Shown here one piece after another: positions 18,755 through 28,272 of a stretch of 64,000 nt of DNA. Positions within the stretch are counted from its first letter, which is position 1, and the number at the start of each line of letters is the position of its first letter. The notes under the pieces are model-generated. The model had not been told where the DNA came from. It made no database searches and was given only the letters and a program-made list of their open reading frames with translations. The translations under genes and the position numbers were made by a program. The stretch comes from Chloroflexota bacterium (lineage in GTDB: Bacteria > Chloroflexota > Dehalococcoidia > Lucifugimonadales > UBA2962). The DNA is taken from NCBI GenBank assembly GCA_003228095.2, contig QGNM01000003.1, positions 1,241-65,240 of the forward strand, given 5' to 3'.

Positions 18755-20032
18755 TTGAACAAACTATTAACTTATAATCTAATGTTTTTGATCTCACTTT
18801 CTGCGATTTGCTTTGCTTGCTCAAGCCAAGATTTAATTGTAAATGAAAATATGCCCAAAGGTGTGAACGAGAAAATTACTGACCTTGCCGAGGAAGTAAA
18901 AGAGGAAAAAGGGACTCCAGATTCTAGCGAAACAGAACGGCGAGTTGATGAATCAGTTGAAACGCCTGCTGCCGAAAATAAACGTCCCGCCTCAGCTATA
19001 TATAGACCTGAACTCACCGGTATTTCAGGGTATATCAACGTGGAAAATTTCCTTTTAGATGATCTGAAAGGAAAGGTTATTTTAATAGATTTTTGGACTT
19101 ATACTTGTATAAATTGCATTAGAACTTTTCCTTACTTGAAGGATTGGCATGCAAAATATGCTGACGATGGCTTGGTCATAGTTGGAGTGCATACCCCTGA
19201 GTTTGAATTCGAAAAGATATTAAGTAACGTAGCGATAGCTACCCGTGAATTCGGCTTAGAATACCCGATAGTTTTAGATAACGAGCGAGCTACTTGGGGA
19301 GCTTATCAAAATCAATATTGGCCAGCTAAATATCTGATTGATAGAGACGGATACGTAAGGTATACACATTTTGGTGAGGGCGGGTATGAAGAAACAGAAT
19401 CAGTTATTAGAGACCTACTGCAGGAAAATGATAATGTGATTAGTGAATCTGGTAATACATTTATGGAACCACGTCCTTATGCTGAAATTCCACAAGACCA
19501 GACTGAGGTAGAGTCTCAAACGCGCGAATTATATTCCGGCACAATCAGAAATTACAATGCAATATATATTGGTCGTGTGTCGCCGTATGTAGCTCATGAA
19601 CAATTTTACACACAACGAGATGTGGATGTGGTATATACGGATCCATCTGTTCACCGCAATCACTTCATCTACCTTAATGGGGTATGGTTAAACAAACCAG
19701 AAAGCCTTAAACACTCCCGTAAAACTGAAGAATATCAAGATTATGTGGCAATACTGTTTTATGGCACTAGTGCTAATGTCGTTTTAAAAGGCTTTGGTGA
19801 GTCTGATTCTTATACAGTGATGGTGTATTTAGATGATATGCCTTTGAAACGTGAATTTGCTGGAGAAGACATAAAGTGGGCCCCTACTGGTAATAGTTAC
19901 ATTGAAGTTGTTGATAGTAGATTATATCGATTGGTAAAATCACCCAGTTATGGAGGATTTGAACTTAAAATAAGTTCAAATTCAGAGCAATTTGAACTCT
20001 TTGCTTTCACCTTTGGAAGTTTTCAAAATTAG
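18755..20032 (+). CDS. Redoxin lipoprotein, DipZ C-terminal-like
   Basis: Lipobox FAC; LIDFWTYTCINC, GVHTPEF, NQYWPA, HFGEG and terminal AFTFG. Confidence 0.85.
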   Translation: MNKLLTYNLMFLISLSAICFACSSQDLIVNENMPKGVNEKITDLAEEVKEEKGTPDSSETERRVDESVETPAAENKRPASAIYRPELTGISGYINVENFLLDDLKGKVILIDFWTYTCINCIRTFPYLKDWHAKYADDGLVIVGVHTPEFEFEKILSNVAIATREFGLEYPIVLDNERATWGAYQNQYWPAKYLIDRDGYVRYTHFGEGGYEETESVIRDLLQENDNVISESGNTFMEPRPYAEIPQDQTEVESQTRELYSGTIRNYNAIYIGRVSPYVAHEQFYTQRDVDVVYTDPSVHRNHFIYLNGVWLNKPESLKHSRKTEEYQDYVAILFYGTSANVVLKGFGESDSYTVMVYLDDMPLKREFAGEDIKWAPTGNSYIEVVDSRLYRLVKSPSYGGFELKISSNSEQFELFAFTFGSFQN

Positions 20033-20066
20033 TTCCACTATAAATTTAGATAGGTGTCAATTAAGG

Positions 20067-20990
20067 ATGATAGAAAAAAAAATTAGTGTATTACTAGTAA
20101 TTATTTTAACTTTGGCTGTATATTCATGTTCTACTGGGAATGAACTTAAATACACTGATGAGCTAAAGCCTAGCCTTTATCAACCCATAAAAGGCTCGGT
20201 AAATGAGAATGGGTATAGTCTTATTTTAGCTACAGACGATTTGTCTGTTGGGAATCATAGAATAGGTTTGTTGGCTTTAAGTCAAATTGGTGTTGTTAGT
20301 GTTCCGTCAATAGAAGTTAGTCTTTATTATTTCAATCCTGAATTAGGATTTGTAGAATTAGAATCGCGACTAAAAGCATCATATAGAAAATGGCCTTACG
20401 GATCTCGTGGTTTATATACAATGCAATTTAATTTTATAAACCAAGGAAAACATCTGTTGGTAGCTAAGATTCTTACAGAAAAAGGCTTTATTGAAAATGT
20501 TGACATTAGCTTTGATGTAGGCGCTGAGACTATCGCTCCTGCAGTAGGACAACTTGCCATAAAAAGTAATACTAAAACTTATAATTCAGTAGACAATCCA
20601 TCTCAACTCACCACTGGGTCTAACTACAACCAAGATTTATATAAATATACACTCGCTGAGGCTATTAAAATGAATAGACCAGTAGTTGTAGTCTTTGCTA
20701 GCCCGGCATTTTGTATCAATGCTGTTTGTGGCCCTCAAGTTGAAACCTTAAGTTTATTAGCAGATAAATTCTCCACCAAAGCTGAGTTTGTCCATGTGGA
20801 TTTATACGAACACCCTGAAAAAGTACAAGGTGATTTATCTACAGCAATTATTTCCCAGGCTGTAAGAGAATGGCGTTTACCAAGTAATGAGTGGACGTTT
20901 ATAATTGATGAACAGGGAGTTATAACAGCACGTTTTCAAGGCTTTGTCACATTTGATGAGTTGGAAACAGAACTAATTAAATTGTTCTGA
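20067..20990 (+). CDS. Thioredoxin-fold lipoprotein
   Basis: Lipobox YSC; FASPAFCINAVCGP; EWRLPSNEWTFIID..G. ATG 20067 preferred over the overlapping TTG. Confidence 0.7.
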   Translation: MIEKKISVLLVIILTLAVYSCSTGNELKYTDELKPSLYQPIKGSVNENGYSLILATDDLSVGNHRIGLLALSQIGVVSVPSIEVSLYYFNPELGFVELESRLKASYRKWPYGSRGLYTMQFNFINQGKHLLVAKILTEKGFIENVDISFDVGAETIAPAVGQLAIKSNTKTYNSVDNPSQLTTGSNYNQDLYKYTLAEAIKMNRPVVVVFASPAFCINAVCGPQVETLSLLADKFSTKAEFVHVDLYEHPEKVQGDLSTAIISQAVREWRLPSNEWTFIIDEQGVITARFQGFVTFDELETELIKLF

Positions 20991-21075
20991 ACAACGCAAA
21001 AACAATAAATGTCTTTATCTTTGAAATCTCTGTTGTAAAAGCCAATTTAGTTGGAATATAAATCAGGGACTTTTT

Positions 21076-21393
21076 ATGATGCCAAAATTAAATATGAGTA
21101 TGTTTAACCTTGAACTTGCATTGGGCTGGTATCAAAGATTTGTTACTTGGTGCAGGGACCAAGTAGACTTGTTGCCCCCTTATGGAAATTACCATGGAGC
21201 TTTGTTACGAAAGTTCGTCGAAAATGAAAAATATTATATCGATTTGGGTGTTGATAGAGTAGAGATTGATATGGTTACATTCTCAATTCTTGAAGATGGA
21301 GAATGTATTAAAGTGAGATATACACGTTCATGGAAGCGTGCGATCAACATTGATCGCTATACAGATGAATTATCATTTCAAGGCAATGAGTAA
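21076..21393 (+). CDS. Hypothetical protein
   Basis: 105-aa ORF filling the gap, AGGGA upstream; no recognised motif. Confidence 0.55.
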   Translation: MMPKLNMSMFNLELALGWYQRFVTWCRDQVDLLPPYGNYHGALLRKFVENEKYYIDLGVDRVEIDMVTFSILEDGECIKVRYTRSWKRAINIDRYTDELSFQGNE

Positions 21394-21405
21394 GCTCTGA
21401 TTGAG

Positions 21406-22512
21406 TTAAAGCGCCTCTATTACGTCCACGTGTTGTAAATCAAGAGACTCGGCCAATGCTTTATGAGTGACATGGCCATTCAGCGTGTTTATTCCCATAG
21501 CAAAGGTTTCATTCCGGGTAATTAGATTTTCTATACCATTATTAGCTAGATACAAAATATATTTATAAGTTGCGTTTGATAGCGCTGTGCTGGCAGTATT
21601 TGCGACAGAACCTGGGATGTTTGGAATTGCACAATGGATAACATTGTTTTTAATGTAAGTAGGATTTGACTGGGTTGTTGGCTTTATATTTTCCACGGAT
21701 CCTCCCTGATCAATAGCCACGTCCAAAATTAATGAAGATGGGTTCATAATATTGACCATGTTTTCTGATATAACCTTTGGGGCTGAAGCACCTGGAATTA
21801 ACACTGCTCCAACTACCACATCAGTTCTTTTGAGGAATTCCATTAATTTTGTTTCAGTAGACAACATGGTTTTTATGGAGCCCCTATATCTATATTCAAT
21901 GGCACGTAGCCGCTCTAAATTTATATCAAAAATTGTGACACGAGAGCCTAGAGAGGTAGCGATAATAGCTGCGTTAAGCCCGACTGTGCCTCCACCAATA
22001 ATCATGAATCTACATGGTTCAACACCAGGAACTCCGCCCAGCAACTTGCCTGGTCCATCAAAGTCAGATTGTAATAGTCTGGCAGCTATCTGGGGTGCCA
22101 ATCTGCCAGCTATTTCGCTCATAGGCTCTAAAAGGGGTAAAGATCCATTCTTAGTTTGTATTGTCTCGTATGCAATTCCAATAACTTTTGTTTTTACAAG
22201 CTCTAAAGTGAGTTCAGGCGCGGCAGCAAGGTGAAGATAAGTAAAGATGATTTGATTTTGTCTGAAATGTTTAAATTCTTCTTGCTGTGGTTCTTTAACT
22301 TTTACTACTAAATCCGCAGATTCCCAGACTTTTTGTGCATTACTTACAATTTCTGCGCATGGATAATCAGAGTCAGGGAAGCCAGCTTTTTCTCCTGCTC
22401 CGCGCTCGAATACAATTTTATGGCCTGATTCAATTAAACCTTTGATTTTATCTGGAGTGATCGAGACCCTTCTTTCATCTGCTTTTACTTCTTTTGGTAC
22501 GCCAATAATCAT
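21406..22512 (-). CDS. ald: Alanine dehydrogenase
   Basis: IGVPKE, VKVKEP, FTYLHLAA, PMSEIAGRL and DVAIDQGG. Confidence 0.95.
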   Translation of the reverse strand: MIIGVPKEVKADERRVSITPDKIKGLIESGHKIVFERGAGEKAGFPDSDYPCAEIVSNAQKVWESADLVVKVKEPQQEEFKHFRQNQIIFTYLHLAAAPELTLELVKTKVIGIAYETIQTKNGSLPLLEPMSEIAGRLAPQIAARLLQSDFDGPGKLLGGVPGVEPCRFMIIGGGTVGLNAAIIATSLGSRVTIFDINLERLRAIEYRYRGSIKTMLSTETKLMEFLKRTDVVVGAVLIPGASAPKVISENMVNIMNPSSLILDVAIDQGGSVENIKPTTQSNPTYIKNNVIHCAIPNIPGSVANTASTALSNATYKYILYLANNGIENLITRNETFAMGINTLNGHVTHKALAESLDLQHVDVIEAL

Positions 22513-22528
22513 TTTGTATTATTCCTAG

Positions 22529-25426
22529 TTAAATAGTTTTTAAAATTAATTCGGTTATATGTAACGGTACTCTGCCAGTTCCATCAATAATTTGTTGTCT
22601 ACAAGAAGATCCCATGCTAACGATTTCTACATCTTTAGTATGTTTATTTATTTCATCGAATAAATTCATTTTTCCTAGACTCATTGATAATTCATAATGT
22701 TCTTTTTCAAACCCAAAAGAACCTGCCATGCCGCAACAGCCAGAGTTTAGTTCGATAACATTACAAGAGTCGATACTTTTTAAGAGCAATAATGACGCAT
22801 TATGTTCTGCCAAGGCCCTTTGATGGCAATGTGTTTGAAGTAATATATTTTTGGGCATTTTATTTATGTTAAACGTTTTTATCTCTGATATGTTTTTCAT
22901 TAATAATGCATCGATTAGAATAGTTTTTTCTGCAACTAAGATTGCATCTTTATTTCCGGGTAATAAGTCTAAGTATTCATCTTTGAATGAGAGAATACAA
23001 GATGGCTCTAGCCCTACTATATAGTCCGCGGTTTTTAGCGCATCAACGGCTACTTCAACATTGCGTCTAGCTTTAACCTTAGCGCTTTTGTCGTCTCCTA
23101 CAGATAAATTAATCCGTCCGCAACAGGACCAGTTCGGCAGTAGCACTTCATATCCGAGATGTTCCAATAATTTGATGGCTGCATGGCCAATTTCAGGATT
23201 ATGGTAATTAGTGAAAGTGTCGTTAAATATGGCGATAATGCCTTTGTTAGAAATGGTTTTTTGTGACCGTTTATCCGTTTTTGACTCCACCGACGATTTA
23301 AAAGTTTGAGGCGCGTATTTTGGTAGCGACCGTCTACTATCTAGACCGATATTGTCTAATAACATCTTGATAGGGAATGAAGCCATCATCCAGTTAGAAA
23401 TCGGGTATGTGGCAGAGCCAATAATGCCTAATTTATCTAAATTCCCAAGTATGATATCTCTGAAACTAGCACCATTTGCTTTACGATAACGTGATAGAAA
23501 ATCATACTTTAGTTTAGCCATGTCAACATTTGAGGGGCATTCTGTCTTACAAGCCTTACAGCTTAAGCAGAGATCCATAATTTCCTTCATGCGGTCACTT
23601 GTCATAGCATCTGCTGGTAAATTGCCTGTGATGATTGTTCTTAAAGCATTAGCTCTTCCGCGAGTGGAATGTTCTTCATCTCTTGTGGCCATGAAAGAAG
23701 GACACATTGTTCCTGAAGTCACTTTCCTGCAGGCTCCTTGTCCATTACATTTTTCAATTGCTGAAGTTATGTTGCCTTCTCTTTGAAACGAAATTTCTGT
23801 TTCCGAAATTTGGGGCAATTCTAACGGAATTGTTCTGAGGTTATTGGTGATTGGTTGCGAGTTAGTTATTTTGCCGGGATTCATAATCCCTTTGGGGTCG
23901 AATATATTTTTAACTTGTTCAAATGCGTTTATTATTGTTGTTCCAAACATTTTCTCAAGGAATGGACTACGTACCAATCCATCGCCATGTTCTCCACTAA
24001 TAGATCCTCCATATTCCAAAACAAGGGAACTAATTTCATCAGCTATATCTTTTAATTGTTGAATCCCCACTGAATCTTTTAAATTAATTAGAGGTCTTAT
24101 ATGAAGGCAACCCACACTTGCATGTCCATAATAACCTGCTTTAGTACCGGAGTTTTTTAAGATTTCATCGAACCTTTTTACGAATTGAGGTAATAAATTA
24201 GGCTCTACCGCAGTATCCTCTACGAATGGAATCGGCTTGGCATCGCCAATCACATTCATCATGAGCCCAAGTCCAGCCCTTCTCACTGCCCACACATTAG
24301 CCTGTTCAGCTTCATCTAAAATAATTGTAGTGTGATAACTTAGTTTAGATTTAGACATTTTAATTTTGATAGTGTCTAAATGTGATATGACTTCCTGTTC
24401 AGAGTTACCAGTAAATTCAACAATTAACAATGAATTTGGATCACCATTGACAAAGCCCATCAGCTTTCTGTATTCGTTATGTTTTCTCGCTTCTTGGAGA
24501 ATGATCTCACCTACATGTTCGACCGCAGCGGGATCCATTTCTAATATTTCTACGGTTGCTTCCATGGATTCGATCAAATCTTTAAAGTGAATGACTGCTA
24601 GCCCTTTGTGTTTAGGCTTATCGACCAATTTCAACTCGACCTCAGTTATTGTTAACAATGTCCCTTCAGAACCAACCACGAATTTAGCTAGATCGATCTG
24701 ATTTGAATCTATAAGTTGATCTAAGTTATATCCTGATACACGCCTCATTATTTTCGGATATCTATTTATGATTTCTTTTCGGTATTCGAGTCCAATTTGC
24801 TTTAATTGCGTTGCTATTGAATTAACTCGATTGGAATGTCCGTTATCCCTAGCAAAATTGTCTAAGTTAATGTTATTGAGTTGTGCTATTGAGCCGTCTG
24901 AAAAAATTCCTTCTATTTGCTCAACATTATCTGAAGTTTTGCCCCATCTTATTGAATGTGCACCGCATGAATTGTTGCCAAGGGCTCCGCCTACATTGCC
25001 TCTGTTAGAACTACTAGGATCTGGCGCAAAAAGTAAATTATGAGGGGATAATATTTGATTCAACTCGTCGAGGATAATTCCTGGTTGAACTATCACTGTT
25101 TTTTCCTCTGGATTGAAATCTATGATGTTTCGCATATACTTCGAAAAATCTATAATTATAGAGTTTCCGACTGTGGACCCAGCTAAACTTGTGCCTCCGC
25201 CTCTTGGCAGAATGGAAACATTGTGTTTATTTGCCAATTCAACCGTAGCAATTACGTCATCTCTTGACTTAGGTAGCACAACACCTACTGGTAATATTTG
25301 ATATAAAGATGCGTCTGTACTGTATAGATGTCGAGAAAATGAATCGAACTTCACATCCCCATCCACAACCTTTTTAAGGTCATTTGATATTTCGTGGGAA
25401 TCAGAAGTAGTAGATTTATTTTTCAA
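22529..25426 (-). CDS. FAD-linked oxidoreductase with 4Fe-4S and CCG domains (GlcD/GlcF-fused, YdiJ-like)
   Basis: RGGGTSLAG, GSEGTL, SGEHGDG, CLSCKACKTECP and CCGMAGSFG. Confidence 0.9.
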   Translation of the reverse strand: MKNKSTTSDSHEISNDLKKVVDGDVKFDSFSRHLYSTDASLYQILPVGVVLPKSRDDVIATVELANKHNVSILPRGGGTSLAGSTVGNSIIIDFSKYMRNIIDFNPEEKTVIVQPGIILDELNQILSPHNLLFAPDPSSSNRGNVGGALGNNSCGAHSIRWGKTSDNVEQIEGIFSDGSIAQLNNINLDNFARDNGHSNRVNSIATQLKQIGLEYRKEIINRYPKIMRRVSGYNLDQLIDSNQIDLAKFVVGSEGTLLTITEVELKLVDKPKHKGLAVIHFKDLIESMEATVEILEMDPAAVEHVGEIILQEARKHNEYRKLMGFVNGDPNSLLIVEFTGNSEQEVISHLDTIKIKMSKSKLSYHTTIILDEAEQANVWAVRRAGLGLMMNVIGDAKPIPFVEDTAVEPNLLPQFVKRFDEILKNSGTKAGYYGHASVGCLHIRPLINLKDSVGIQQLKDIADEISSLVLEYGGSISGEHGDGLVRSPFLEKMFGTTIINAFEQVKNIFDPKGIMNPGKITNSQPITNNLRTIPLELPQISETEISFQREGNITSAIEKCNGQGACRKVTSGTMCPSFMATRDEEHSTRGRANALRTIITGNLPADAMTSDRMKEIMDLCLSCKACKTECPSNVDMAKLKYDFLSRYRKANGASFRDIILGNLDKLGIIGSATYPISNWMMASFPIKMLLDNIGLDSRRSLPKYAPQTFKSSVESKTDKRSQKTISNKGIIAIFNDTFTNYHNPEIGHAAIKLLEHLGYEVLLPNWSCCGRINLSVGDDKSAKVKARRNVEVAVDALKTADYIVGLEPSCILSFKDEYLDLLPGNKDAILVAEKTILIDALLMKNISEIKTFNINKMPKNILLQTHCHQRALAEHNASLLLLKSIDSCNVIELNSGCCGMAGSFGFEKEHYELSMSLGKMNLFDEINKHTKDVEIVSMGSSCRQQIIDGTGRVPLHITELILKTI

Positions 25427-25500
25427 TTACTGATCAAGGAATTCCTTGTGTTTTGTTAATAAAAAGTTTGAATACTTAATATGCAACATATTGGTAACGA

Positions 25501-26316
25501 TTAAGCAGAAACCTTCACGATTAAAAATGATTGCTTGCCTAGTGGAGTGTTAACTTCTATTTGCTGCCCAGCCACTCTCTTCATTACTGCTTTACCTACC
25601 GGAGACACATTTGAAATTTTATTTTGTAGAGGGTTTGATTCAGAAACACTCACTACTGTGTAACCTTGTTCTTTACCTGACACAAGATCTTTCAGAGTCA
25701 CTTTAGCACCGATACCAACTCTAGCGTCTTTTTTGCGTTTCTTAGGGTCAATAACTACAGCATTTCGTAATTGTAATTCTATGTTAGTAATCCTTGACTC
25801 AATATGGGCTTGTTGTTCCCTAGCTGCTTCTAATGGAGCATTTTCTTTAACGTCTTTATCCTGTGCTGCTTTATGTATGTCTTCGGATATTCGAGGCCGT
25901 TCGAGTTTTAGGGTTTCAAGTTCAGAGTTAAGTTGTTTGTGGCCATCAGGAGTTAATTCAATAATTTCTTGAGACCCGTCTGAAGGTTTGTTGTTTCTAA
26001 CTCGATTTTTTTTAATGCGTACATGCTGGGCCAAATTCACCTGAAGATGTCCGCTTTTTCTCATGTAAGAAAGAAATCCTCTAATAACTTGAAGTTTTTC
26101 GGCTGCTTGTGGCACAGCTCCGCCATCAGTGATTCTTTCAGAATAACTACCAACTTCAGCTGGATCAATTTCTTTTAAAACTCTATCTGACCCATAGTAT
26201 TGAACAAACCTACCGAGTTCTGTCTCGGTATGAGGTCCGTCTGTCTTAGTTCTGGGGTTATTAAGATACTTACTTATAGCTTCAATTACGGTTAAGGTCT
26301 CAAGTTGCTCTAACAT
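25501..26316 (-). CDS. greA: Transcription elongation factor GreA with N-terminal integrase SAM-like domain
   Basis: C-terminal ~155 aa: LTPDG, DVKENA, ISNVSPVGKA. N-terminal ~100 aa resembles the XerC/D core-binding domain. Confidence 0.85.
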   Translation of the reverse strand: MLEQLETLTVIEAISKYLNNPRTKTDGPHTETELGRFVQYYGSDRVLKEIDPAEVGSYSERITDGGAVPQAAEKLQVIRGFLSYMRKSGHLQVNLAQHVRIKKNRVRNNKPSDGSQEIIELTPDGHKQLNSELETLKLERPRISEDIHKAAQDKDVKENAPLEAAREQQAHIESRITNIELQLRNAVVIDPKKRKKDARVGIGAKVTLKDLVSGKEQGYTVVSVSESNPLQNKISNVSPVGKAVMKRVAGQQIEVNTPLGKQSFLIVKVSA

Positions 26317-26348
26317 AATGTTTCTCCCTAAGAATGCTTCTCCCTAAG
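26317..26348 (-). repeat. Tandem 16-bp duplication of the greA ribosome-binding region
   Basis: Minus strand reads CTTAGGGAGAAGCATT CTTAGGGAGAAACATT ATG (one mismatch between copies). Confidence 0.8.
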
Positions 26349-26368
26349 AGTGAATTGGGAACTATTAA

Positions 26369-26397
26369 ATCTTATTGGTGCATTGAATCGGTGTCAA
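26369..26397 (-). promoter_or_regulatory. Sigma70-type promoter of greA
   Basis: Minus strand TTGACA-17 bp-TAAGAT, overlapped by inverted repeat GCATTGA-N7-TCAATGC. Confidence 0.65.
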
Positions 26398-26404
26398 TGC
26401 GTGT

Positions 26405-28264
26405 CTAAGGCTTAGTGGGATCTAATAGGTCCATACTGCCCCAATTCTTACCAATTTTCAATTCAACTTTTAGAGGTACGTCAAATGGAATAGCATTGGT
26501 CATATTTTCTATAATTATGGACTTTAATAAATTTAATTCTTCTAAATTAGATTCGAATATTAATTCGTCATGTACCTGTAGTATCATTTTTGATGAAATA
26601 TTATTTCTGTTAATTTGATCTTGAATTTTAATCATTGATATTTTTATCGTATCCGCAGCTGTGCCTTGGATTGGCATGTTTATAGCAGCTCTTTCTGCAG
26701 CCTGGCGAGAAATTCTGTTGTTTGAGTTAATCTCGGGGAGATACCTTCTCCTTCCCTTTAACGATTCTACATAACCTTTTTGTTGGCAGAAATTGATCGT
26801 TTCATCTATATAATCTTTAATTCCAGGATAATTGTTAAAAAAGATAGAGATAAATTCCTTCCCTTGATCAGGAGATAAGTCTGTTTGTTGGGCGATTCCG
26901 AATGGTGTTAATCCATATAGAACACCGAAATTTAACACTTTTGCTACTCTCCTCATATCGGAGGTAACTCTAGAAACAGGGATGCCATATACTAAGGAAG
27001 ATGTTGATGCATGGATATCCTCATCATTATTAAAAGCGTTTATTAAGTTCAAATCTTGAGATAAATGCGCAAGAATTCTTAATTCGATTTGAGAATAATC
27101 AGCTGATATTAGAATTGAATATGGATGATCTTTCGTAATGAATGCTTTTCTAACTTGCCTGCCTAACTCAGTTCGAACTGGGATGTTTTGAACATTCGGA
27201 TCGTTGCTTGATACCCGGCCTGTCGAAGATCCGGTTTGACGATAACTTGTATGAACTCTACCAGTTTGCCGGTTTATAAGTTGTGGTAAAACATCAACAT
27301 AAGTAGATTTTAATTTTGCGAGTTCTCTAAACTGCAAGATATTATCTATTGCTTCATAAGCCCTTGGGTCGGTATTATCTCCGTTTCCTGCAGCTAAGGT
27401 CTGTTTAATAGAATCTAATGAAGAAGCATCTGTAGAGAATCCTGTTGCCGTTTTCTTAACTGGTTTAAGCTTGAGTTCTGAAAATAAAATTTCAGATAAT
27501 TGCTTTGAAGAACTAACATTAAATTCATGACCAATTAAATCATACAGAATCTTTTGTATGCTAATGATTCTGTGATTTAAATCTAAAGACATTTTTTTTA
27601 GTAATTTCAGGTCAATTGAAACCCCATCTGATTGCATTTTTACAATCACATCTACTAATGGCATTTCAATATTGTTAAATGATTCGAGTAAGGATTCTTC
27701 TTTTAAACTACGTAATAGTTCATTGTGGAGTCTAAAGGTGAAGTCGGCATCTGCAGTAGCATATTCAGCGACTTTTAAGATTGGGGCTTGGTCAATAGTA
27801 ATTTTCTTCTTCCCACTACCTATTAATTCTTCAATAGGTGTCATTTGATGTCCGAATAAGTCAAAAACTAAGTTTTTCAACCCTACCGAACGTTTTCCGA
27901 CCAAATGTGCTGCCAGCATGGTGTCGAAAAACAGATTACTTACCTGGACATCATATTTACGAAGAACAGTTAAGTCATAGCTAGCATTATGTGCAATTTT
28001 GGGTATTTTACTTAGGAATACTGGTCGAAGCTTATCTAAAACTGTATCTATTGGAATTTGATTGATCAACGTGGGTTGCCCGTCCATATTAAGAGCCAGT
28101 TTCTGTACGTGTCCTATAGGAATATACCAACCGCTACCAATTTTATTAGAAAAGGATATGCCAACAAGTTGAGCCTTCATTGGGTCTATAGATGACGTTT
28201 CTGTGTCAAATGCAAATGAATCAGAGGAATTTAAATCAACAATCATTGAATCTAAACCAGACAC
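26405..28264 (-). CDS. polA: DNA polymerase I, Klenow part (3'-5' exonuclease + polymerase); frame stays open upstream to ~28345
   Basis: FDTET, HNASYD, TGRVSSNDPNVQNIP, ADYSQIELR, AK.LNFG..YG and QVHDEL. Confidence 0.9.
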   Translation of the reverse strand: MSGLDSMIVDLNSSDSFAFDTETSSIDPMKAQLVGISFSNKIGSGWYIPIGHVQKLALNMDGQPTLINQIPIDTVLDKLRPVFLSKIPKIAHNASYDLTVLRKYDVQVSNLFFDTMLAAHLVGKRSVGLKNLVFDLFGHQMTPIEELIGSGKKKITIDQAPILKVAEYATADADFTFRLHNELLRSLKEESLLESFNNIEMPLVDVIVKMQSDGVSIDLKLLKKMSLDLNHRIISIQKILYDLIGHEFNVSSSKQLSEILFSELKLKPVKKTATGFSTDASSLDSIKQTLAAGNGDNTDPRAYEAIDNILQFRELAKLKSTYVDVLPQLINRQTGRVHTSYRQTGSSTGRVSSNDPNVQNIPVRTELGRQVRKAFITKDHPYSILISADYSQIELRILAHLSQDLNLINAFNNDEDIHASTSSLVYGIPVSRVTSDMRRVAKVLNFGVLYGLTPFGIAQQTDLSPDQGKEFISIFFNNYPGIKDYIDETINFCQQKGYVESLKGRRRYLPEINSNNRISRQAAERAAINMPIQGTAADTIKISMIKIQDQINRNNISSKMILQVHDELIFESNLEELNLLKSIIIENMTNAIPFDVPLKVELKIGKNWGSMDLLDPTKP

Positions 28265-28272
28265 TTCACTAA

